A DNA stretch of 63,862 bases, filler included, from Octopus bimaculoides (lineage: Eukaryota): the NCBI RefSeq assembly GCF_001194135.2. It is 7 parts of 7 records of this genome, joined end to end, with 100 filler letters (N's around TTAATTAATTAA, not from the genome) between each part and the next. Parts side by side here need not be neighbours in the genome. Positions count along the whole stretch, not along the records: positions 1 to 31,201 come from NC_068986.1; 6 more parts are not named here. One strand, 5' to 3'. Positions 13,650 through 25,823 of this stretch are shown piece after piece; the first letter of the stretch is position 1, and the number at the start of each line of letters is the position of its first letter. The notes under the pieces were generated by a model that had not been told where the DNA came from, did no database searches, and saw nothing but the letters and a program-made list of their open reading frames with translations. The position numbers and the translations under genes were made by a program.

Positions 13650-14480
13650 GCCTATAACCTGTAGGATTTGACATTTTCATGACGTCAGGGAGATAGGTGA
13701 AAAATAGAATATGCAACTGCCTGGTGAGGTAACCAGTATGGTGGTGTTAACAACCATACAAATGTGATAGTCCATTCATATGGAAAAGTACGACTAATGA
13801 ATCAAGCTACTGAGTAGTGCATTGCTTGTCATTGAATACCATGTCGTGCACAATTATGTTTGGTATATATGTAACTGGGAGTTAGCACTGATATGTTAGA
13901 CTGGTGGAATGCGAAAGTGGAATAATCTTGTTATGAGTATGCAAGTGTTCTTTGCTTTGAAATTACCAATGAAAACTCTAGAATTGTGGTAGACTTTCCG
14001 AGGTATTAGCAGCCAGTGATTTGCAATTCATTAACAAGGCAGTTCTTTGATGTTAACAAATCGATAGGTCGGTTTTCACATCATGGATATCGCAGGCTTT
14101 TGCAAAGCTGTTGCGGTATAACAAGTTTCTCATGGGAGAAAGGTTGACAATTAGGAGCTGCAAGTAGGAAAGAATTCTGTAAAAGATACTCCACATTATA
14201 TTGGTGAGGTCATGTAGCGGGACAAGGATATGGAGTTTTCCTTGATCCTGAATCCGAAATAGTAACTATGCTGTGCGAAACTTCTCCATCATGGAATCTA
14301 TGAGCACGTGTATTTTTCTGTTGTAGTATTTGGTATTGGAAGCGATATTATCTGTTCAGGATTAACTAACATTTGCGATATGAGCATTCAAAAATTCTTG
14401 TTACATATAGCTGTTTATGGACAGCTGACATTTAGTTATATCTGTAGAAGCTCCTGCATTGAGTTGAAGACTGATCTGGT
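13650..14480 (-). pseudogene. Highly decayed LINE APE-endonuclease fragment (CR1/L2-like)
   Basis: Minus-strand peptides LTNIMWSIF (cf. FTNIRGL) and FIGNFKAKN (cf. GDFNA motif); many stops and frameshifts. Confidence 0.45.
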
Positions 14481-14641
14481 TTGGATGTAGAATGAAAGAT
14501 ACTTCACCTACACTAAACACTCCCTGCTGTTGCCTCGTTATAATGCGGGCAGCGACTCTATTGAAGATCACTCTGCCCCCTGATAAATGTGATTCTTCCG
14601 CTAACGCGTATGATTAGATTTCTACTTATATCTCATGCGCG

Positions 14642-14679
<38 letters not shown>

Positions 14680-14844
14680 TACAGACACACACATCGACAA
14701 ACAGTCGTACAGACCCATACAGACACGCACAGATACATACAGACACACAGAGACATACTGACACACACACATGCAAACACACAAACACACGCTAGTACGC
14801 ACACACACAAACACACAGACGCACCCCCTCCCCCCCACACACAG

Positions 14845-15510
14845 AGGTTGCCTGATAATTCGCATTTTTCCACTTATTTTAATCTTAATTTTTCATTAAT
14901 AATTTTAGCAAATCGGTCAGTAATATATTCTCTTTTCATTTTTCACATCTTCTTGGCAACGTTCCAGAAGCTCGTCAACGACTTAACGGAAGAAAATACC
15001 GTGTCTTGACTCAAAGAATTTATCGAGCCACGTTTTCAGTTCCTCGTCGTTATTGAACGAAACGCCTCGCAGACTTCTGGAGAGCGACCGAAAAGATAAT
15101 AAACTGAAGGAGAAATCGGTGCGTGTGGCAGAACTTACCAACCGAAGTCTTGAATAACGTTTGTAATCAAATTAACGATGTGGAGACGAGCGCTATTGTG
15201 TTGAAGAATCACGCCGTGACGCTATCGAGTCGTTTCACCTGGATTCCCTCGTTGAGTCGGTGCATTTACTAAACGTAAAGTTCTGCATTGGCCGTTTGGT
15301 TGTTTTCAAGTATTTCGTGGTAGATCAGTCCTTCTCAATCCTATCAAACGCGGACCATTTTTTTCTTTTTTTTTTTGCGTGGATGCAGCTCTGGCTTTGT
15401 TCAAGGTGTTACCTGCTAGTCGGAATTCAATCATTCTTTCCTCTGCTTGATATTGACGTAAGGACATAATTTTTCATCGGCGGCGACGATGATGAGGCGA
15501 AATAATGCTG
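14845..15510 (-). mobile_element. Mariner transposase remnant, catalytic and C-terminal half
   Basis: LIIVAADEKLCPYVNIKQRKE*L...KPELHPRK; GVILQHNSARLH; FRSLSRSLRGVSFNNDEELKTWLDKFFES. These match DD34D mariner motifs. Confidence 0.9.
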
Positions 15511-15519
15511 CTGCTGTTA

Positions 15520-17159
15520 CTGATGATGATGATGATGATGATGATGATGGTAGTGGTGGTGGAGATGATGGTGATGATGATGAGATGATGATGATGACGA
15601 CGACGATGACAAAATTGATTGTTCCTGATGAGCAAGGAGGAGAGAGAGGAGCAGAGAGTGAATGGAGTCTGCTAAAAGGCGCTGCCTCTTTTATACAGTT
15701 GAGCATCAGGACAACTCCTTCAGCATCAACATCATGACGACGACCACGGCCACCATGACTATCACCACCGCCACCACGATCACAACGACCACCATGGCGA
15801 CCATCACGACGACGGCCACGACGACCACCGCCACCACCACCAACAACACTATCAGAACCATACCGCCCACCATCTTCACTGGCACCACACCATTACCTCC
15901 GTTTGTACCACAATCTTCACCACNNNNNNNNNNNNNNNNNNNNNNNNNNNNNNNNNNNNNNNNNNNNNNNNNNNNNNNNNNNNNNNNNNNNNNNNNNNNN
16001 NNNNNNNNNNNNNNNNNNNNNNNNNNNNNNNNNNNNNNNNNNNNNNNNNNNNNNNNNNNNNNNNNNNNNNNNNNNNNNNNNNNNNNNNNNNNNNNNNNNN
16101 NNNNNNNNNNNNNNNNNNNTTGCCTCAACTATCGCCGCCACCCCCCATCATCATTAACATCATCCGTACGACCATCACCATCACATCAAAAATCACACAA
16201 TCATTACCAACGAATCCACCAAGAATGCACCACCACGGTCACCACTATCTCAAACGTAGTCATCGTCATCATCTTCATCATCATCATCATCATTATCACC
16301 ATCACCACCGTCGTCGTCGTTGTCAACGCCGCCGCCACCGACACCGTCGTCGTCGTCATCATCATCATCATCATCATCATCGTAAATCATAACAGCAACA
16401 AACAGAACAAGGTCAATAACAACTGCAGCAACAGTAGCGTGAAGGAGACGAAGAAAACGAGGATGATGATGATGATAATGATGATGATAATGGGGAGGAG
16501 GAGGAGGAGGGTGAAAAGAAGGAAAACGAAAATAGGAAAAAGAAGACGAAGACGAAGAAGAAGAAGAAGAAGAAGAAGAAGAAAGAGAAGGAGAAGAAGA
16601 AGAAAAAGAAGCAGAAGAAGAAGAAGAAGAAGAAGAAGAAGAAGAAGAAGAAGAAGAGGTAGAGGATGAAGGAGAAGAAGAAGAAGAAGAAGAAGAAGAA
16701 GAAGAAGAAGAAGAAGAAGAAAAAGAAAATAATAATAATAAGAAGGAAACCAAGAAGAAATGCAAATAGAATGGCAAAGCATGCCGGGAAGATCGAACAG
16801 CGAAGGAATATTGGAACACAAGTGTTGTTAGCCTTATCGCCGTATCACGCCTGAGAAGATTGCCTTCTCTTTGAATGCAGTCAAGTGAAGAATATGTGAG
16901 TCAAATGTACATAGTTTGGTAGAGGAGAACCAGCCGAGACGTAGAGAGGAGTAGAGAGAGAGAGCGATAGAGGAAGAGATGTGAGAGAAGGGAAGAGAGA
17001 GAGAGTAGACAGGGAGAGAGAGAGAGAGTGAGTAGGGAGGAGGAGGATAGTAAAGAAAAGGAGTTAATGGTTGAGTGAGAGGTTAGCGAAGAAAGAGACA
17101 GAAGCATATAGGGATTCATAGAGAGAGGGAGAGAGACGATGTGTTAGCAACAAGGAATT

Positions 17160-17255
<96 letters not shown>

Positions 17256-17998
17256 ATGAGAGAGAGAGAGAGGGGGGAGTTAGAGAAAGTAGGAAAGTGG
17301 GAAGAAGGGAGAAGAAAGTGAGTACGGAAAGAGTGAGTGGGAGAAACGGTTGGATAGATTATGAGAAATGTGTATGTGGATATATATTTGTATGTGTTCA
17401 CACACACAGACACGCACACACACACACATACACACGCACAGATACATTTACACACATGTACATAAATGCATGTATAAATATATGTGTACATACATATATA
17501 CTCACACACATACATACATAAATATATATATATATATAAGATAATAATGTGATGATGATGACGATGATGGTAGTAGTAGTAGTAGTAATAATAATAATGA
17601 TAATAATAATAATGATGATAATAATAATGATGATAATAATAATAATAATAATAATAGTAATAATAATAGTAATAATAATAAACGTACATTTATGTATATA
17701 GAGGACGAGGGAGATAGAGAGAGGATGAAAGTGAAATGAGAAAGAGAAAAGAGAGATAGAAAATAGTTCTCTCTTTCTGTTTCTCTCTCTCTCTGTCTAT
17801 ATGTTTGTGTATATGAATATATGCAGGCATGTATGTTTGTACATATGCGTGTGTATATATGTGTGTGTGTGTATGTGTGTGTATGTATGTGTGTGTATGT
17901 ATGTGTGTGTATGTATGTGTGTGTATGTATGTGTGTGTGTGTAATGTAGAGAAAATAAAGGAAAACGATATACAAGTAGTAGTAGTAGTAACAGCAGC

Positions 17999-18048
<50 letters not shown>

Positions 18049-18141
18049 AAAAAGAAGAAGAAAAAGAAGAAACGGACGAAGTATTGAGAAGTAGTGATAG
18101 AAATAAGAAATGAAAAATTGAGGGGATAGGGCAGAGGAAAA

Positions 18142-18179
<38 letters not shown>

Positions 18180-18189
18180 NNNNNNNNNN

Positions 18190-18246
<57 letters not shown>

Positions 18247-18800
18247 TGAGCGAGTGAATGAGCGAGAGATGGTGTGGGTAAGAGAGAGACAGAGAGAGAG
18301 AGGGAGAGAGAAAAAGGGTAGGGGTGAATGAAGGTTAAATAGAGAGAAAGAAGAGAGCAGTTGAGAGGGTGGGATAAGAGAGGGAAGTCTTAAAGATAAA
18401 TAGTAATGTGAAAGTAACCAATAGCAACAACAACAACAGCAAAAGCTACAACAACAAGAAATACAAAAACAACTCCAAGAAAACTATAATAAAGTGCAAT
18501 GGTAAAACAATATTAGCTGCAACATTTGCAACAGCGGCAATAACATCATTAACAACGATAGCAGCAGCAGCAGCAGTAGCAACAACAACAACAACAACAA
18601 CAACATTCACAACATCAAACACTGAAGCAAAAATAAAACAACACAATAGATAATAACAATAACGCATGTAACACGAAAACAATAACAGCTACATCAGTAA
18701 CAGCTGCAATAACAATAATGATAACAACAACAACAACAACAATAACTGCTATCACAACAACAACAGCTACAATAATAAAAAAACTGCAGTAATAGCAACA
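15520..18800. repeat. Extended microsatellite field: (GAT)n, (CAC)n, (AAG)n, (GA)n, (AAT)n, (GTA)n, (CAA)n
   Basis: Direct reading. Confidence 0.95.
16881..16895 (+). other. Candidate 15-nt microexon
   Basis: ccttctctttgaatgcag|TCAAGTGAAGAATAT|gtgagt. Length is a multiple of 3. Confidence 0.25.
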
Positions 18801-19257
18801 ACTGTATCAACACCAAAGATGAATGGCACAAACAATCACATTTTTCTCCCAATTTTTCTCTCTACCGAAAAGCAAGAAATGATAATATGAAAAAACAAAA
18901 AAACAAAATGGCGAATTAATGACGTAAAAATGTTATTGTCGTCTGCAACTGATAGAGAAGCAAGTAATCAGTTTTAAAAACTACATTATAATTCAGTAAA
19001 TCATGCTAACTTGTGCCTTGTCAACTAACAAACTATAGGAACAGATAAATGAATGAATAAATATAGGAATACAGAAATAATATGGTGAGTTGTTAACATT
19101 CGTTTAGAGTGAGGGCGTCTGTCTCATAGAAACAGGAGAAGGATTGACTATCTCGTGGTATTTAGTTTTGTGACTTTTTATTTTGATTTCGAATCTGGCC
19201 GAGGTGGGCATTGATCTTAATCCTTCCGGAATCAATCAAACATAGTACTAAACAAGT

Positions 19258-19636
19258 GGAGGCGCAATGGCCCAGTGGTTAGGGCAGCGGACTCGCGGTC
19301 ATAGGAACGCGGTTTCGATTCCCAGACCGGGCGTTGTGAGTGTTTATTGAGCGAAAACACCTAAAGCTCCACAAGGCTCCGGCAGGGGATGGTGGCGAAC
19401 CCTGCTGTACTTTTTCACCACAACTTTCTCTCACTCTTACTTCCTGTTTCTGTTGTGCCTGTAATTCAAAGGATCAGCCTTGTCACACTGTATCACGCTG
19501 ACTATCCCCGAAAACTACGTTAAGAGTACACGTGTCTGTGGAGTGCTCAGCCACTTGCACGTTCATTTCAAGAGCAGGCTGTTCCGTTGATCGGATCAAC
19601 CCTCGACGTCGTAAGCGACGGAGTGCCAACAACAAC
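19258..19636 (+). mobile_element. Full-length tRNA-derived SINE, family A
   Basis: A-box 'tggcccagtgg', B-box-like 'ggtttcgattcc', (AAC)n tail. 14-bp TSD agtactaa(a/c)caagt at 19244-19257 and 19637-19650. Confidence 0.92.
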
Positions 19637-21007
19637 AGTACTAACCAAGTAGTGGTGTCGACCCAATCGATTCCACCCTACGATGCATTTGAGAGCCTCT
19701 GTCCTCGTTAGAAATCAAAATTCGTTAAGAACAGATGGTTAGAAAACTGAAATAAGATTGCAGTACAGTTTCAGTTCCCGCTTGAAGACAATTCGCTTCC
19801 AGCAAGTCATAAAAAAAAACATGGAGAAAGCATAAACATCACATAACTTCATTCGCTCTCACGAGCTGTACGCATGGTAGCATGTATGTATGTATGTATG
19901 TATGTACGTATGTAGGACCATTGTTCACATTGAAAGGAAATCAACATTTGTTAAGGCGGGTTTCGTTAACCTTAGGCGAAAATAAGTGGAACAAGTAATA
20001 GTAAGTATAGAGCGAATAGAACAGAGTCTGTTTCGGTTTAGATTATTTCACAATATTCTGTATTGTTTTCCCACAAAGAAACCAAAATTCATTATAGTAT
20101 CAAGCACCAATGACCGAGATACAACGTATTGTTTAATAGAGATAACAAACTGGTTTCGATTTCCGGTTGATACCACTTTACATTTGCATTGCTGTCTTTA
20201 AGAATGATGTAGCTTCCGCAAAACCTAAATCGTTCTTGTTTTTGTCACAAGTCAGACATCCCTTATAGCTATAATTGTTCTAAATTATTGCTTCCTCATA
20301 CTTTTATGTTCAATAAGTTAAACAGAAGAGATGATCGTGATACTTTGTCTTTCACATTTTAGCAAACCATTTTTTCATGACGACCTCAATTAACAAATAA
20401 AAGTATAGGAGTGAAACAGAACCAGAGCGTGAGCTAATGACTCGCATACTGACCCTCCCAAGATACAGCAAAATATGTTCCAACTCACGAGTTCACATCA
20501 AGAATCTTGCAAACCAAATACAAAAATCACATATGCGTTTAGTTTACTTAATAATTTTAATTTTTTAAAGTTGACTTTTGCTGTTCCGCATCTTCATTAT
20601 TCTAGCGTTATCCGAAGCTACCAATAAAAGATAAATTCTGGAATTATTTATCCACAAAATATTAATTTCTAACATTGGTGCAGCACTGTATGTGGTAGGG
20701 CTACAGTCAATTAAATCACCCCCAGTATATATCTGGTATTTATTACTTATTTCATCATTCGTGGATGAAAGAAAAAGCATAGCGAATTTGAATGTAAACA
20801 GACTAAACTAAAGATAATTAATTGCAACAGAAACAATATTAACACCAAAAGGTAATCTTGACCCAGAACTAAACATAGAGGTTGTGTTAGAACAAAGAAT
20901 ATTGCATTATTTAACTTGAGAGGCTCTCTCGTAGGACTGGTAGTGCATAAAAGCGCTCGTAATTATATCGTTGACAGGCAAGAGCCCTTTACTACGGCCG
21001 CCAGAAC

Positions 21008-21050
21008 TGCAAGATCACGTGGTTTCGCCCTACTATGGGTTCCTCAGTGC
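21008..21050 (-). ncRNA. Hammerhead-like motif
   Basis: Reverse complement reads gca-CTGAGGA-a-ccc-atagta-ggg-c-GAAAC-cacgtg-ATC-t-tgc. Confidence 0.55.
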
Positions 21051-21188
21051 TAGATGTTCAGCAGCGACATAACAACCGAATCTTCCGTCAACGATATATA
21101 GAATATTAGTATCTCTGGAGTCGCAAAAAGTAAATATATAAGTAAACTAAAGATATTTTATAGAGATGGACTGCAAGTTTAGCTTTAT

Positions 21189-21254
21189 AAGCTTGAAAGC
21201 TTGATAAGCTTGAAAGCTTGATAAGCTTGAAAGCTTGATAAGCTTGATAAGCTT
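21189..21254. repeat. AAGCTT-based minisatellite (aagcttga / aagcttgat units)
   Basis: Direct reading; 8 tandem AAGCTT palindromes. Confidence 0.9.
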
Positions 21255-21289
21255 AGAGATGGATTACAAGTAGAGATGGACTACATCTT

Positions 21290-21463
21290 TTAGCTACGTA
21301 GTTAAGAAGTTTGCTTCGTAACCATGCAGCTTCGCGTCCAGTCCCACTGTGCGGCATCAAGGGCAAGTGACTTCTCCAACAGCCCTGGGTCGTATAATGC
21401 CTTGTAAAGGAATTTGGTAGGCAGAAACATGTCATATGTGTGTATAATATAATTGTGTATATG

Positions 21464-21500
<37 letters not shown>

Positions 21501-21720
21501 TTGTGTGTATGTGTGTGTGTGTGTTTGTGTGTATGTGTGTGTATGTCTTTGCGTTTCACTTCATACCGTTTGACAAACAGTGTTGGTTTGTTTCCATACG
21601 CGTGACTTTACAGTTCGGCAAAACCGACGGATAGAATAACCACCAGACTTAAACTAGGTACTGGGATCGATTTGTTGGACTGTACTCAAAGCAGTGCTCC
21701 AGTATGGCTGCAGTTCAATA
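21290..21720 (+). mobile_element. SINE family B, diverged, split by an internal (TA)/(TG) microsatellite
   Basis: Head 'cagtcccactgtgcggca' and tail 'gtactgggatcgatttg...gtgctccagtatggctgcagt'. Matches copies at about 35000, 45860, 52210 and 59800. Confidence 0.75.
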
Positions 21721-22082
21721 ACTGAGATTAGTGAAAGAGATATTGCCACACATGTACCAGATATAACACTGATAGTGTTACTTAGAGACCACAAGATCGA
21801 CATCACAAGACCTCTATATTAGCACCACTGACACTGTTAGTGATAAACTATATCACCAACAGATAGGGTTAGTTTATAAACTGTAGAATCAACCCCCACG
21901 TATCCTTTGTGATATCCTCCTCCCACTGACAGTGTTTGTGATAGACTGTAAGATCAACATTTATCTCTGTACTTTGACGTTGATATTAAAGTGTTGACAT
22001 CAGATCTACAATTTTCATAAACGAATTATTTGGAAGCCAAACAGTCTTCTTTCAAGTTCTTTGTTCAGTCGCAAGGTGTGAT

Positions 22083-22114
<32 letters not shown>

Positions 22115-22519
22115 NNNNNNNNNNNNNNNNNNNNNNNNNNNNNNNNNNNNNNNNNNNNNNNNNNNNNNNNNNNNNNNNNNNNNNNNNNNNNNNNNNNNCA
22201 CGTTTTGCATTTTATTTATAACTCTGTTAGACCTTGTAACCACACTACTTTGATGAACTAACATATGTAAGTTTAGATTCGCCATGATGTCTCCCGAGCG
22301 TCACCGGTTGCTAATACAATAACATTTCGGTCCCTTGGTTGAAGAAGTATTCACTGCATATAATCCGTGCTGTTCCTGAAAGAGACCCTTAATTCTGAAC
22401 GGCATAGTCATCTTAGAGGCGTCACAGATTAGCAAGAGTCAGCGAGGGAGTCCCTACAATCTAGCTTGTCGCATATCCTGCTAAAGATAATAAAACAAAA
22501 TATCTGCTAAATTATTACC

Positions 22520-23063
22520 GTGACCAGTAAATTCCACTACGGTAAATTTCACGACAGGTAAAATTCACTGACAGTTCTTTATCTTCTACTGATACCAGTG
22601 CTTGTCCTTCGAGGCGAAGAACTCTTTCACTGAATCTTCCGCTTCTTCCTTGATGATGAAGCGTCGCAAGCACAGGAAGAGAGAAATGAATCGGAACAAG
22701 TAATAATCCGAGGGTGTGGATTTTTCCACATTCCTAGCGTGCATAAGCAATGGTTACGCAAGAGCTAGCTTCCGGAACCTGTCGCTAAACGTGGGCGTTT
22801 CAAACAATGTGTTGCTCTGCATCTAGTAGAATTATGAGGAGATAATTCACAGCGAGTTCGTTCATGACGGTCGAACCATCGATGCCAACCTGTATTCCGA
22901 ACAGCTGAAGCGGATGTATGCCATTGTGCAACAAAAATACCCGGCATTAGCTTTCTGAAGCAAGAAATCGCAAGATCTCAGACCGCCCAAACGAGCCGGA
23001 ATAAACTCCAGAAACCAGAGGGAATCGGACTGTTGCAATACCTAGCATATAATCCGAACCTAG
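22520..23063. mobile_element. Mariner transposase remnant with an internal inversion
   Basis: + strand 22717-23063: VLLCI**NYEEIIHSEFVHDGRTIDANLYSEQL...YNPNL. - strand from 22716 downward: APSDYYLFRF...VKEFFASKDKHWYQ. Confidence 0.85.
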
Positions 23064-23807
23064 AATACAAACTCAAATTTCTGTAGAAAGCGATTTTGAA
23101 TAATATTGCTCCCTAAACAATTATATTTCTCATCAATTTATTTCTATTATGTTTATTTACCGATTCTTTCGTCTCTACTCTCCCAGCACGATGAAATCTA
23201 TATTTAGCTGATGAGGTCATAATAACACTCAAACATGTCACGAGTTGTCTGCCGCACTTGGGAAAACACTGAAAACAATATTATTTATAGACTAATATTT
23301 ATTCTTCCTTCATAATTAATTCTGGTCAGGTTTTTAATACATTTTCCATTAAATATACTAACATTAACTTAATAATTGTATTCTTATATGTAGATGACTC
23401 TGAATAATTTATTCTCTAAATAAATAAGACAATCTGCTGTAGGTACACTGAAGAAGGTGAAAGACATCTGTAGCGGCCATACGATTCAACTGATTATTTG
23501 AATATTCACAGTTAATGATATATGATGTATGAATAATTGATGACATCTTTATATATAAGTACACAAATATGAACATAGATAAATAATGTGTGTTCTTAAA
23601 TCAAAGCTATCTTCCCGATACTATAACAATTGGTTTATCATTCTTTTGTATGTAGTATAATAAATGTCGACCTGCTGTAACCCCGTCAATCTCTTCATAT
23701 ATTAACGACTAAACCATATGGAATTGCATGTTGTCGACTCGATAGTGCTCTCTGGAATCGTGAATAAAACAGACTCCACATAATATATTTCGCTCTGTTC
23801 TCGACAG

Positions 23808-23923
23808 CTGCTCTCAACCTAAGATTAATCTACTCAAAAGCAACACGGATGATGGGAATGCAAGAACACTCGTCAACACCCACAACAACAATGTTCTTGT
23901 TAACAGCGACAACCTCCATAACA
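23808..23923 (+). CDS. Candidate internal exon of an unidentified host gene (116 nt)
   Basis: Acceptor 'tttcgctctgttctcgacag|' and consensus donor 'ACA|gtaagt'. Two open frames: ALNLRLIYSKATRMMGMQEHSSTPTTTMFLLTATTSIT or CSQPKINLLKSNTDDGNARTLVNTHNNNVLVNSDNLHN. No recognisable domain. Confidence 0.4.
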
Positions 23924-24039
23924 GTAAGTCAGATTTCTGTTTCTTTACAGAGAAAGAAAACTTATAATGTGGTTCATGTTGTTGCTACTGTTCTTATTGT
24001 TTAACCCCTGGTCAGCCTTAATCCAGTAGGTCAGTGTTC

Positions 24040-24489
24040 ACAAACTTTACGGTCTCGTTGTGATCCTTTCTAACAATTCGCATAAGAGTCCGACGTTCCC
24101 AACTGAAAATTTTGGTTTTCTTCCAGAGTTTTGTTTCAACGAGGAGGTTTTTCCTTCTTTCTCAAAGGTTGTAATTACTTTCGAGACAGTACTTGCTTAT
24201 ACACTAAATATTTCGGCTGTTTTCGTTACACTAGCGCCTGCCATAGGAGCACCGACAATTTGACTTCTTTGAAAGTCCGATAGATTTGTCATTTTAATGA
24301 CTTTTAATTACCTTTTTCTTATGATATCTGAAAAGAATCAGCAATTGTAGCAAAACATTAAGCAACACTAATAATAAATCAAAAACCATAAAACCATAAA
24401 AATAAACAAGCTTTTGGCGATTGTATAGATATTTCAAAATTATGATGCTATGATGCTAGGCGTTTCCATTATTTTGTCCAGCCCCTGTG
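24040..24489 (-). mobile_element. Tc1 element 5' end (TIR plus HTH region of transposase)
   Basis: MTNLSDFQRSQIVGAPMAGASVTKTAEIF...SGRKPK. Terminus 'ta cacaggggctggacaaaataatggaaac'. Confidence 0.85.
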
Positions 24490-24793
24490 TATATGACAAT
24501 GTGTGAAATTCATTAGCCTACAGCGGTTTTTGCTACAAGATGCAATGCACTCATAGTTCAGTGCTTGTTTATTGCCTTATAGCTTCGTCAGAGCGAAGGT
24601 GATACACAAATACTTAGTTTTGACTTCATTGCAGAAACAGCTGTAAGAAATGTGTTTCCTTACAGAATTTCTTGTTCCTTTTTCATTTACGTTATCTCTT
24701 ATTACGCTTTCTCCGAAGTATATGAATATTTAGTTCTGACGCATTAAATGTTTAGTAACACTATGCCGAAGCGAAATGTTACAATCTGGAAAT

Positions 24794-25185
24794 TGTTGTT
24801 GTTCTTGGCACTCCGTCGCTTATGACGTCGAGGGTTCCAGTTGATCCGATCAATGGAACAACCTGCTCGTGAAATTAACGTGCAAGTGGCTGAGCACTCC
24901 ACAGACACGTGTACCCTTAGCGTAGTTCTCGGGGATATTCAGCGTGACACAGTGTGACAAGGCTGGCCCTTTGAATTACAGGCACAACAGAAACAGGAAG
25001 TAAGAGTGATAGAAAGTTGTGGTGAAAGAGTACAGCAGAGTTCTCCACCATCCCCTGCCGGAGCCTCGTGGAGCTTTTAGGTGTTTTTGCTCAATAAACA
25101 CTCACAACGCCTCGTCTGGGAATCGAAACCGCGATCCTATGACCGCGAGTCCGCTGCCCTAACCACTGGGCCATTGCGCCTCCAC
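24794..25185 (-). mobile_element. Full-length tRNA-derived SINE, family A
   Basis: Reverse-complement homologue of 19258-19636. Perfect 13-bp TSD acaatctggaaat at 24781-24793 and 25186-25198. Confidence 0.92.
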
Positions 25186-25730
25186 ACAATCTGGAAATAC
25201 ATACATACATACATACATANNNNNNNNNNCGCACGCACGCACGCACGCGCACCCCCCCCCCCACGTATTCAACCTCTCTAATGTTATTAGTCTTAGAGAA
25301 TTTTTCAGAGTAGTTTATTTTATTGATGTTATTCCCATAATGCTTAGCGCATGACAGAGGGAGCAACCATTTGCATAGAAACGAGGAGTAAACATTATGT
25401 CGATAAGTATTCTTCCTTTGTTAGTTTAGTTTACTAGATTCATTTTTCAAGTTTTATTCAATAAATTTATAACGTATATATAGGTTTTTATTTTTTAATT
25501 ACTATTAACTTACGCTTGACATAAAAATAGTAATTTATACTTGTATACATAGGGGTAAATCTTACACTAAATTATTAATTTCCGTAATGTTTATATAGAT
25601 AAGTAGTGGAATTTTGCTGTGATGTAACCTATGGGTGCATCAATAAAATGCTACCGAAGCATTTTGAACGCCACTTGTGTTCTTCTTATATACATAAGAA
25701 CACAAATGGGATTTACAATTCTCTCTTTCA

Positions 25731-25823
<93 letters not shown>

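Noticed and set aside
14508-14579. 72-nt phase 1-1 minus-strand exon candidate GGRVIFNRVAARIITRQQQGVFSV
   Set aside because: Weak donor (gtgaag), abuts a decayed LINE on the same strand and has no recognisable homology. It is not excluded but is unsupported.
15413-15467. Apparent first coding exon on the minus strand, MSLRQYQAEERMIEFRLA with a GCAG|gtaaca donor
   Set aside because: Another frame of the same bases is mariner transposase (ADEKLCPYVNIKQRKE..KPELHPRK), continuous with the remnant on both sides.
19258-19330. tRNA-like sequences at SINE heads (also 25110-25183, 51008-51075, 63790-63845)
   Set aside because: They retain A/B boxes but run into SINE bodies with TSDs or tails and lack a full cloverleaf; not tRNA genes.
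24643-24660. gcagaaacagctgtaaga, identical to the 3' half of the 59459 hammerhead
   Set aside because: No CUGANGA was found upstream on the same strand. At best a half-motif remnant of the same family.
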